From the NCBI GenBank assembly GCA_016204905.1, contig JACQJU010000051.1:1-24106 (forward strand): DNA of 24,106 nt. The letters are read 5' to 3'. A program made the translations under genes and the position numbers. This stretch comes from Candidatus Gottesmanbacteria bacterium (GTDB lineage: Bacteria > Patescibacteriota > Microgenomatia > 2-02-FULL-39-11). Each line of letters opens with the position of its first letter. Position 1 is the stretch's first letter. Below the pieces are notes generated by a model that saw only the letters and a program-made list of their open reading frames with translations, did not search any database and was not told the DNA's origin. Shown piece by piece: positions 15,556 to 23,476 of this stretch.

Positions 15556-16146
15556 CTAAAAAGCAATCGAGGAAAGTATCTTCTGATAATCACTACCTAC
15601 CAATGATTTCTGCTGGGCTATATAGACTAGATAACTTTTACCCATAAGTAATGTCACTTGCGCACTATCAACAGTATTCGGGTCACCTTGAGTAAAGACC
15701 GCTACCTTCCTCCCCTCTATATTTGTATATTGCAAATCATGAACCTGGTCAATAAGATACGATCGAGCAGCAGTCGAAGTAAGATTTGCAGTATTGTTAG
15801 GCGTGGTGTAAGAAGATATCCAATCTTCCAAAGTAGTACGATTTTTAAGTGGAAAGATTACGACCTGTATACCCTCATAAGACTGCTTAAAGGGGGGTGT
15901 TAAAACTAAAAAAAGTAAATGGTTGCCATTCTCCCGAGTAGTATTTTTCAATATATAATTTACTGGGTAATGGAAAGATAAACCATATTTATTATCTCTA
16001 TAGACTTGCCCAGACATAGTTGGGGCAAATGTTATAGTAGGTTGAGAAATCTTCTGCTGAAGATTATTTTGCTTTCCGTAAGAAAATAATCCCCCGATCA
16101 GCATAAGAAATATAATTCCAAGTAGTATATAAGTATTTTTTTTCAT
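15556..16146 (-). CDS. Membrane-anchored PsbP/Mog1-like domain protein
   Basis: N-terminal TM; YRDNKYGLSFHYP motif. Confidence 0.7.
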   Translation of the reverse strand: MKKNTYILLGIIFLMLIGGLFSYGKQNNLQQKISQPTITFAPTMSGQVYRDNKYGLSFHYPVNYILKNTTRENGNHLLFLVLTPPFKQSYEGIQVVIFPLKNRTTLEDWISSYTTPNNTANLTSTAARSYLIDQVHDLQYTNIEGRKVAVFTQGDPNTVDSAQVTLLMGKSYLVYIAQQKSLVGSDYQKILSSIAF

Positions 16147-16163
16147 AAGTATTTACCTAATAT

Positions 16164-17177
16164 TTAATTATTGCACTGGCTAGCAAATCCACACTTTCCC
16201 CCCTGACATCCCAGTGACGTCTTACAATCGCAGGCGCTCGTACAGGTATCACACAGGTCACCTTCGCGCTTGCAACTCCCCCCACCGCCTTTAGCCCCAA
16301 CATCAGAACAGCAAGTTTGGCCACCCAAACAACCTGCCTGGCCATGACCTACTTGATCTGCACCACATGTAGAACCTTTTACACACGACCCACCATACGT
16401 ACAACCGCATTCACCAGTGCAGCTATCGCCTTCATCACCTTCTCCAATTGTAGGAGCGGGATTTCCACCGCATTTATTAGGCCATTGCGCCTCGTCTCTT
16501 CCACATTTGGCATCACATGCGCTCCAGTGCGCATCTGCGTCTGCCCGACTACACCCATCTCCTACACCCCAGTCAGTGCAGCAATCACCACCGCTTATTG
16601 TACATCTGGCTATATCAAATCCTTTACTACAGCTTCCTGGAGCAGATGTCGCTGTTGGTACTCCCGGCTTACTAGTCGGCTTTACTGTCGGTGTTTTAGT
16701 TGGCGGCTTTGTAGGTCCTCCTGGACAACCTGCACAACCAGCACAGTTTAGATTTCCACAAGACTTGGGCACAACGCAAAATTTTGGACATTGATCTTCA
16801 CTTTGCGTTGGAACAGGTGTCTCAGATGGAACAGGTGTAGGAGAAAGACAACCAGAGCAACCAATACATGAACTATTTCCACAAGAGTCAGGCACAACAC
16901 AAAAATTTGGACATTTAGGATCCTCTGTAGGAGAAGGTGCAAATACCTGAAATCCTCCCTGTTGTGTACCTACCTGAGTAAAAAATGCCCGGGGAGATAG
17001 CTGAAAAACTCCCGCAAATTGATTACCGGCAAAAAAGGCAGCCACAAATATAGAAGCAATTATTACTAGTAGATTAAAAACAGATAAGTGGTATCTCTTT
17101 TTTAAAATTTCCCCAAAATCCTCATTGAGTATAGATTTTTTCTTATGACCCTCCATATCATCCAAATTTTCGCTCAT
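16164..17177 (-). CDS. Membrane-anchored cysteine-rich modular surface protein (36 Cys in 337 aa)
   Basis: TM; duplicated CPxFCVVPxSCGNxxCxGCxGC; PT linkers; three further 8-Cys modules. Confidence 0.85.
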   Translation of the reverse strand: MSENLDDMEGHKKKSILNEDFGEILKKRYHLSVFNLLVIIASIFVAAFFAGNQFAGVFQLSPRAFFTQVGTQQGGFQVFAPSPTEDPKCPNFCVVPDSCGNSSCIGCSGCLSPTPVPSETPVPTQSEDQCPKFCVVPKSCGNLNCAGCAGCPGGPTKPPTKTPTVKPTSKPGVPTATSAPGSCSKGFDIARCTISGGDCCTDWGVGDGCSRADADAHWSACDAKCGRDEAQWPNKCGGNPAPTIGEGDEGDSCTGECGCTYGGSCVKGSTCGADQVGHGQAGCLGGQTCCSDVGAKGGGGSCKREGDLCDTCTSACDCKTSLGCQGGKCGFASQCNN

Positions 17178-17183
17178 ATATAT

Positions 17184-17297
17184 TTATTTCTTCTTTGAAC
17201 GATCTTTCAGTGTAGGATATAAAATAATCGCCAAAGCTAATATTAAAATAGCCCCGGTTAAATAAAAAGCTTGTAACGGATCAATTGTTATATTCAT
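17184..17297 (-). CDS. Small membrane peptide, 37 aa, MNITIDPLQAFYLTGAILILALAIILYPTLKDRSKKK (not in ORF track)
   Basis: ATGA overlap with the stop of 17294..17500; one TM helix plus a basic tail. Confidence 0.7.
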   Translation of the reverse strand: MNITIDPLQAFYLTGAILILALAIILYPTLKDRSKKK

Positions 17298-17500
17298 TTT
17301 ACTTCTTGTAATAAAAATATACTAATATACATACATAATAGAGCCATTCCAACACCTGTAGTTACTACCAATATATTAATAGCAGTATTTCCCTCAAGTA
17401 TAGGTACCACAAGACCAGCAAAAAATACTAACCCCAGATTGCCAAATATTTCCGATATTCTCTCGATTTGAGCCGAATTTAATCTAAACGAACTTATCAC
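17294..17500 (-). CDS. Small two-TM membrane protein, 68 aa
   Basis: Two hydrophobic helices; GTG start; coupled to the downstream peptide. Confidence 0.7.
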   Translation of the reverse strand: MISSFRLNSAQIERISEIFGNLGLVFFAGLVVPILEGNTAINILVVTTGVGMALLCMYISIFLLQEVK

Positions 17501-17560
17501 TTTTCTTCAGTATTTCACTTCATTTTGAAATTGTCAAATCGTTTTTATCAATCGTACCCC

Positions 17561-17621
17561 CAAAACCACTTCGGAAGTGGACTTAGCTTCGCACATCGGG
17601 ATTAATCCCACACTTCTTCAT
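17561..17621 (+). repeat. 61-bp direct repeat, copy 1 (empty site)
   Basis: 54/61 identical to 18331-18412 once a 20-bp insert and a 1-bp indel are removed; contains CCACTTC-G-GAAGTGG. Confidence 0.9.
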
Positions 17622-17686
17622 TACCACCCCATGAAATCTCTCCGATCAACTGGAAATATCCACGTCACTAACTTGCCACCCTTTGG

Positions 17687-17737
17687 GTATTAGCTTCACA
17701 CACCGTATTAGCTTCACACACCGGGTGTGTAAAGCTA
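17687..17737. repeat. REP-like hairpin with an 18-bp tandem duplication of its left arm
   Basis: GTATTAGCTTCACACACC x2 (17687-17722); TAGCTT-C-ACACACC-G-GGTGTGT-A-AAGCTA 17709-17737. Confidence 0.85.
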
Positions 17738-18313
17738 TTTCTGTTTCAGTCTCTCAAGCAGTAAATCAAATTTTTTGTACTTTTTATCATAGGCGACATT
17801 AAAATGCCCTGCATTCTCCACTATCGTGATATTGCCACCCAGTTTTCTAGCTATTTCCTCTCCCTCAGATACCGGAGTATCATCGTTGGTAGACTGGTAT
17901 ATCTCAAAGTATCGACTAGCTTTTTTTATCTTCTCCCAATCAAATGGTTTCTCATGGAAAGAGTCTATTTTTTTTGAACCTTTGGCATACCAATGATAAA
18001 CCATCCATGGCGCGACCAGAAATGTCGCCCGGATTGATACCTTAAAACTAGGAAACAATTGAAAGAGGAACACCCCGCCTCTACTGTGACTAACAAACAT
18101 AGTATCTTCGTCTACAAATTTTCTATACTGATCAAATGTACCGAACCAATCACCCAGCACATGTCCTCCATAACTGGCATCCTGCTCTTTCGGGATAGGA
18201 AACTGAGGGACTAAAACACGATGACCCAATTTTTCCAGTTCTCCCTTCAGCCAGGGAAACCAATTTTCTTCTGGATTGCCATAGCTGCCATGGATGATAA
18301 AAATATTCGCCAT
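17735..18313 (-). CDS. Alpha/beta hydrolase, RBBP9/YdeN family; probable start ATG 18313
   Basis: IIHGSYGNPEENWFPWL, SHSRGG nucleophile elbow, STNDD, AGHFN. Confidence 0.9.
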   Translation of the reverse strand: MANIFIIHGSYGNPEENWFPWLKGELEKLGHRVLVPQFPIPKEQDASYGGHVLGDWFGTFDQYRKFVDEDTMFVSHSRGGVFLFQLFPSFKVSIRATFLVAPWMVYHWYAKGSKKIDSFHEKPFDWEKIKKASRYFEIYQSTNDDTPVSEGEEIARKLGGNITIVENAGHFNVAYDKKYKKFDLLLERLKQK

Positions 18314-18330
18314 TTTCACAGTTACTCACC

Positions 18331-18412
18331 CAAGACCACTTCGGGTGTGGACTTAGCCCTGCCTGCCGGCAGGCAGGTTCGCACATCGGGATTTACTCCA
18401 CCACTTCCTCAT
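18331..18412 (+). repeat. Direct repeat, copy 2 (filled site), carrying perfect 20-bp palindrome CCTGCCTGCCGGCAGGCAGG at 18358-18377
   Basis: Direct alignment to 17561-17621. Confidence 0.92.
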
Positions 18413-19034
18413 CTACATAACCTTCATCTGTTCCACTATCACCAACAACAGCTTCAGTATCTTCATCTTTTGCCGGAATAGTTTCTCCAGTTGCTGAAAC
18501 CTCATAAAACTTGAAATTTTCTAGAATTGCTTCATAAATAGCATCCAGTTTACCTGCGCCATCAGGATTTTCCTCCAAAAGAAAAATAATATCATCATAA
18601 AGCGTTGCCGTAACTACTTTGGGAGCTGGTGCACTAATTCTCACCTTTTTAGCTTCTTTGCCACCCCACGTCGTATCCACACTATTACCACCACTTATCT
18701 CCTTATCGCCTTTTAACCAACCATCAAGCGAAGTATAAGTAGTATCTTTGGCCCAAATTATGATATTTCCAGAAAGTCCACTTTTCGTCAGTTCCACATG
18801 CGCATAATTTTCCTCATCTTCTTCATGATTATCTATCATAAAATCTTTTGGGTATTCAAAAGTGAAACCCATCGGATCTTTCCAGGTAGTAAACTCCTCC
18901 ATCGGTTGAATAGATTGTGGACTCTGACCTATTGGTGAAGTTATAGATCTCCCTTTTATGAAAAAATATCCTCCTGCCGCGAGTCCTGCTAAAACAATTA
19001 CTATGATTATCCCTATGACAACCTTTTTATTCAT
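18393..19034 (-). CDS. Membrane-anchored PsbP-like domain protein with acidic tail; probable start ATG 19034
   Basis: MNKK plus TM; WKDPMGFTFEYPKD motif. Confidence 0.75.
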   Translation of the reverse strand: MNKKVVIGIIIVIVLAGLAAGGYFFIKGRSITSPIGQSPQSIQPMEEFTTWKDPMGFTFEYPKDFMIDNHEEDEENYAHVELTKSGLSGNIIIWAKDTTYTSLDGWLKGDKEISGGNSVDTTWGGKEAKKVRISAPAPKVVTATLYDDIIFLLEENPDGAGKLDAIYEAILENFKFYEVSATGETIPAKDEDTEAVVGDSGTDEGYVDEEVVE

Positions 19035-19081
19035 AAGTACATTATACATAAATTGTTAAATTGTTATAACAATGTAACCAT

Positions 19082-19110
19082 TTGACAATGTAACACTGAA
19101 ATTTTATGCT
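19082..19110 (+). promoter_or_regulatory. sigma70-type promoter, probably leaderless
   Basis: TTGACA 19082-19087, 17 bp, TATGCT 19105-19110; ATG at 19117. Confidence 0.65.
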
Positions 19111-19116
19111 TTATAT

Positions 19117-19548
19117 ATGCCCAAGATTTCTCTAATTATTTTTCTTCTAATACTTCTAAATATTGGACTAGCCTTCCCCCACAGTGCCCTTGCCCTAAAA
19201 AAAAGAGTCAGATCGGGAGGGCCCGTGAGATCCGTAACTGGAGGAAATTATTCTAGAGTATCCTTTTTCCCATCTCGTCTGGGTATCAATATCAACTTCT
19301 CCAATCTAGACAAAGTCAGCAAAGTATCCTATGTTCTATCCTATACAGGCTCAGGAAAAGCCCAAGGAGTGGTAGGATCATTTGCACCAGGGGCAAATAC
19401 CGATGCTCGTGAACTTCTCTTTGGTACTTGTTCAAGAGGCGCTTGTGTTTATCATGAAAATGTCACTGGTGCCAGACTCACCATCAACTTCACCCTCAAA
19501 ACCGGCTCCGTCTTCACCAAAAGATATCTCCTCAAAGTCAGAAAATAG
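19117..19548 (+). CDS. Secreted hypothetical protein, 143 aa
   Basis: Signal peptide; basic beta-rich domain with RELLFGTCS-x-GAC-x-YH. Confidence 0.8.
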   Translation: MPKISLIIFLLILLNIGLAFPHSALALKKRVRSGGPVRSVTGGNYSRVSFFPSRLGININFSNLDKVSKVSYVLSYTGSGKAQGVVGSFAPGANTDARELLFGTCSRGACVYHENVTGARLTINFTLKTGSVFTKRYLLKVRK

Positions 19549-19568
19549 TCTCTCATAAGGGGAAGAAA

Positions 19569-20426
19569 CTACATACCCACTGGCTTGGTCCTCTGTGGTT
19601 TTCTCATCCCCTCGCCCGATAGCAACCCACCCCCACCACCCGACCCCAAATCAAAATGCCTACTCCAAGATGTACTGATGCGAGAGCCATAGGGAAAGTA
19701 TGCCTGTCCATCATGAGAGAAGGAAGTATGTATAGGAAAGAAATGATAGGTCATCTTTTCTCCATGGAGCTGCCTACTAGGTGCTACTCCATGAATTCCT
19801 TGATCATCCAAAGAAAAAGTAGCTCCATCTTGTAGCTGTAAAATATATGGAAAAGTACCAAAGCGTGTTATTTGATCCTGATCAGTAACTTCTTGGGGGA
19901 AAAAACAGAAAAACAACTTACTGAGTTTACCATTTGAAGTCATTCCATCAAGAAATACACTGACTGCACGGTTATCAAGAGTATTCCAGATGAGGCCAAC
20001 ATCACATGAAGTAGTATTCCCTCTAAACATGTTTCTTATACTTTCCATAGCCGAGAAATTAAATTGGGTCAATCCACTGTTTTTATGGTTAAATATTTCT
20101 ACGGGTTGACTACCTGTAGGTATAATCTGACCATCCTCCTTCTTTTGAAAAACCAACCGGAGTATTTCCTTATCGGGTCCACTAAACATTCTTACTGCAA
20201 CATCAACCTCTTCCTGGTTGTTCTTTATAAAATCTAAAAACTCATGAATAAACTGCTCTTGAGCCGAATCAGGTTCTTTATAAGATAAAGCATCAGCCCC
20301 TTGTGGTCGAACCCGAGAATCTCCCCGACCAAACAATCCTCTCCAAAATAACGTCAAATTTCTGGGAAGTCTGGGCAGTTCATGCTGTGGCAGATGAATA
20401 CCTCTACGTGTTTCTATAGCTTCCAT
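19569..20426 (-). CDS. Hypothetical protein, about 285 aa; probable start ATG 20426
   Basis: Long ORF with no recognisable motif. Confidence 0.65.
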   Translation of the reverse strand: MEAIETRRGIHLPQHELPRLPRNLTLFWRGLFGRGDSRVRPQGADALSYKEPDSAQEQFIHEFLDFIKNNQEEVDVAVRMFSGPDKEILRLVFQKKEDGQIIPTGSQPVEIFNHKNSGLTQFNFSAMESIRNMFRGNTTSCDVGLIWNTLDNRAVSVFLDGMTSNGKLSKLFFCFFPQEVTDQDQITRFGTFPYILQLQDGATFSLDDQGIHGVAPSRQLHGEKMTYHFFPIHTSFSHDGQAYFPYGSRISTSWSRHFDLGSGGGGGLLSGEGMRKPQRTKPVGM

Positions 20427-20540
20427 ATCAACTGCTGAATTATATCGAATTAAGTTATGTATGTAAAACAACATGGTAGGAGGTTGTGACGGACAAAAAT
20501 ATTGTGTAGAATAAAGAGATTCCATCGCCGGGATGGTTTA

Positions 20541-20611
20541 CCCTGAAAATTTCGTTGAAATCTTTCTTAAGATTTCATAAATTTGCAAAACAAATTACGA
20601 AATTTTCAGGG
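20541..20611. repeat. Y-shaped inverted-repeat element upstream of the tRNA
   Basis: Perfect 15-bp IR 20541-20555/20597-20611 enclosing hairpins 20556-20577 and 20580-20596. Confidence 0.85.
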
Positions 20612-20661
20612 CTCAGTGGCAGAACGCACTGAAAATATGCTTTCATGAGCCGGAACAATCA

Positions 20662-20733
20662 GCCGATGTGGCTCAGTGGTAGAGCGAGTCATTGGTAATG
20701 ACTAGGTCGCGGGTCCGATTCCCGCCGTCGGCT
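20662..20733 (+). tRNA. trnT: tRNA-Thr (anticodon GGT); CCA not encoded
   Basis: GCCGATG/CGTCGGC acceptor, GCTC/GAGC D-arm, AGTCA-TTGGTAA-TGACT anticodon arm, GCGGG-TCCGATT-CCCGC T-arm. Confidence 0.96.
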
Positions 20734-20754
20734 CAAAATTCTTCCTAGAATCTT

Positions 20755-20790
20755 GCCCTGAAAAATTGCCTCAGCAATTTTTTTACGGGC
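20755..20790 (+). terminator. Hairpin after the tRNA, possible terminator or processing signal
   Basis: GCCC-TG-AAAAATTGC-CTCA-GCAATTTTT-TTAC-GGGC. Confidence 0.5.
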
Positions 20791-20809
20791 CATTCCTTCA
20801 TCAGCTTAC

Positions 20810-20838
20810 TTGCCAATATATGTTCTTTTGTCTATGAT
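20810..20838 (+). promoter_or_regulatory. sigma70-type promoter, near-leaderless
   Basis: TTGCCA 20810-20815, 17 bp, TATGAT 20833-20838; start codon TTG 20844 or ATG 20847. Confidence 0.6.
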
Positions 20839-20843
20839 ATTAA

Positions 20844-22163
20844 TTGATGCCCGAAAAGCTGACCCAATACCTGAAACGCTTAAAAGCTTTTGTTCGAAAT
20901 CACCAAAAGCTTTCTATCGCTCTTACTGGTCTATTCCTGCTTCTTCTTATTATTCTTTCCAAATCAACAAACACCTCAAACAACCTCACCAATCAAAACA
21001 ATAACTTACCAACAACCAACACCACATCCCCCAACACCTCCCAAACTCCACCCGACCAAAACACCATCTACTTTGCTAAAAATATTATCAAAAATCTCGA
21101 TATACCTCCTACCGTCGAACTATATACAGCAGATGCCCAGGGTAATAATATAAAACAGGTCGGCAAAATCCATGCCCAAGCCAAAAACATAAAACCACTT
21201 GCTATCAATACTTATCTATATATAGGCGACTTGGGTTTCTTGGATAGAGGCGCTGCCATCTATCGATTTGATTCTACCAACAACGCTGCTACCAAGATCT
21301 ACACAGCCTCTTCAGGTTATCAAATTGAAAGTTATCTACCCACTCCCAACCACCAATCTCTAATTATTTGGGAAGAAACTCAAGGTAATGCTAGCCTAGG
21401 ACAATCACGTATCATTTACCAAGACCTGACCACTCCAACCAATAAAAAAATCTTATTAGAAGAACCTCTTTCTGATCAAACCAAGTATCCCTTATTTTAC
21501 TCCGATGCTACCAAAAAGATCTATCTAGACTCTTATAGCGTAAACCGGAAAGGAAAAAATCGTGGCTTATTTACACTCTCACTTTTGGGCGCTCTCAACT
21601 CAGTTTTGCCAGTCAATGATTATAGTACACAGCCCATCCTTTCGAAAGATGGCAGACGTATCGCTTATACTTCCTACAATCCCGACACCAGAGTCAAACT
21701 ACCCGCCCCACCCGTACCCAACGAAATATTCCGAGAATCAGTCAGAAACCCCAATCAAATAAAGGTTCTCGACCTTACTACTGGCCAAACCAGTCTTTTG
21801 GCAGAAAACTTAAACGGCCTGATTTTTGATAATCTACTTTTTTTACCAGACGGCAATAGTCTTATTTACCGTACTCTCCAAATAGAAGCCAATCGGACTA
21901 CTACGCCACTTTCCTATCAGCTCCTAGATATATCCACCAAAAAATCTACTCTTTATAGCCGAAATACCAATGGTTTATTTGTTACTGCTTGGTCAGGCGG
22001 CTCTTCTCTTTTTGCCGTAAGAAGCGACCTGATAGACAATCTGGGTAGCGCAGCAGGAGGTAATTCGCCCATACTCAAAAGTACCTATCTCTTTGATCCC
22101 GCTACCCAAATCTTTACTAAAATTTTAGTCGACGATAATATACAATTAATAGCGGTACAATAA
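20844..22163 (+). CDS. Single-pass membrane protein with TolB-like beta-propeller domain
   Basis: TM, N/T/P-rich linker, propeller-blade motifs such as QPILSKDGRRIAYTSY and LLFLPDGNSLIY. Confidence 0.75.
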   Translation: MMPEKLTQYLKRLKAFVRNHQKLSIALTGLFLLLLIILSKSTNTSNNLTNQNNNLPTTNTTSPNTSQTPPDQNTIYFAKNIIKNLDIPPTVELYTADAQGNNIKQVGKIHAQAKNIKPLAINTYLYIGDLGFLDRGAAIYRFDSTNNAATKIYTASSGYQIESYLPTPNHQSLIIWEETQGNASLGQSRIIYQDLTTPTNKKILLEEPLSDQTKYPLFYSDATKKIYLDSYSVNRKGKNRGLFTLSLLGALNSVLPVNDYSTQPILSKDGRRIAYTSYNPDTRVKLPAPPVPNEIFRESVRNPNQIKVLDLTTGQTSLLAENLNGLIFDNLLFLPDGNSLIYRTLQIEANRTTTPLSYQLLDISTKKSTLYSRNTNGLFVTAWSGGSSLFAVRSDLIDNLGSAAGGNSPILKSTYLFDPATQIFTKILVDDNIQLIAVQ

Positions 22164-22418
22164 AAAAAGAGTTAATTTTTAGGGGGAGTATTAAAAATTT
22201 TTAAAAGTGAATCTAAACCGAAGTACTAAGAAATTTTTGTAGGTCGCATACGGAATCTTAATGTTAGTTTAATAATAGAGATATAGTCCTTCATAAGGAA
22301 TAAATAGAATAGCAATACACTATATGAGCTTTGAGTTTTGCGAACAAAAAAATTTCTTATACGAGGTTTTGAGAGATAAGAAAATTTTATCTGCGAGCTT
22401 AGAGAGTAATTTTGAAAT

Positions 22419-23474
22419 ATGAAAAAACTTTTATTTACTACTGCAATTTTTTTAATCTTCTGGCTAGCTCTGATAGACCACTCTTTTGCCCAGAAAAGCA
22501 TCAAATTTGGCCAGTTTACACCCACGTCTAGCGCCTCACCTCCACCAGCCGGCAATAATATCGAATGTACTATTGGACTAGCCGAAGAAGTTATCACTAG
22601 ATACAGAAATGCCAATCTCTTAACCGCCATGGAAAATAGCCAAAGACAGTTTCTGGCTTGTGATGTCTATACTTATATCGGCGGTTGCAACGGTCCTAGT
22701 TTTGTCGAGTGCTCCAAAGGCTGCTATTCCTATAGAGGTAGTCAAGCCCAAAGCGTCTTAACTAACCCTCAAGTTGCTCCCCAAATAAGCGACTTTTATG
22801 ATATAAATTCTACCTTATTTCAATCATACTGGATTTATACCAAAGCCGTCGGCCGTTTTGGTCTGCGCAATGGTTTTGGTTTGACTACCGCAGGTAAAGA
22901 TGAGATGGCCGCCACCTTACAAGCTATGACCTGTGCAGAACGGGTGGGACAACTAGAACACCACATAGAAACTCCTCTCTATTTCTATCCCCTAGAAAAA
23001 ACTGCCCTTGATGTAACATTACCCGACCAGTCTACCGTCCATCTCGAAGCCTTACCCGATGGAACTTTCAATATCCAAAACCAGACCTACTCCTCACTGG
23101 CTTATAATCTCAAAAAGACAACCTACACACCTCCCGAAAAAGGACGAATCATAGATGGTTCTAATCTAAAACAAGAACTACAAAAGATTGCAGACGAGTT
23201 ACACTTGAAAACGACTGAGAAATCCGACTTCCTTTCTTATTGGCAACAGAGTCTACCCCAATCACCTTTTTATTTTGTCTCCTTATTTCCCGAAAGTGAG
23301 GCCCTCAAACTCACTGGTTGGCATATAAAACCGCCTCCCGATAGCGAAATACGCTATCTATTTTATTTTAAACCTCTTACGAAAAAACCTACTCTCAATT
23401 ATTCTTATCACTTCACTCCCATACCCAGGAGTGGCTTCACCGTCCTAGACTGGGGCGGAACTATCGATTGGTAA
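22419..23474 (+). CDS. Secreted conserved hypothetical protein with PLYFYP...GFTVLDWGG C-terminal domain
   Basis: Signal peptide ending SFA-Q; C-terminus resembles the PxxYLYP...GFTVVEWGG family of unknown function. Confidence 0.75.
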   Translation: MKKLLFTTAIFLIFWLALIDHSFAQKSIKFGQFTPTSSASPPPAGNNIECTIGLAEEVITRYRNANLLTAMENSQRQFLACDVYTYIGGCNGPSFVECSKGCYSYRGSQAQSVLTNPQVAPQISDFYDINSTLFQSYWIYTKAVGRFGLRNGFGLTTAGKDEMAATLQAMTCAERVGQLEHHIETPLYFYPLEKTALDVTLPDQSTVHLEALPDGTFNIQNQTYSSLAYNLKKTTYTPPEKGRIIDGSNLKQELQKIADELHLKTTEKSDFLSYWQQSLPQSPFYFVSLFPESEALKLTGWHIKPPPDSEIRYLFYFKPLTKKPTLNYSYHFTPIPRSGFTVLDWGGTIDW

Positions 23475-23476
23475 AG

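Noticed and set aside
17561-18412. CRISPR array or integron attC interpretation of the repeats
   Set aside because: Only two copies about 770 bp apart; no regular spacers and no RYYYAAC/GTTRRRY boxes
18150-18481. ORFs 18150..18386 (-) and 18221..18481 (+) containing PACRQAG / LPAGRQ
   Set aside because: These are translations of the palindromic repeat in shadow frames
22226-22630. 134-aa minus-strand ORF
   Set aside because: Overlaps the start of 22419..23474 on the opposite strand; no motif or RBS
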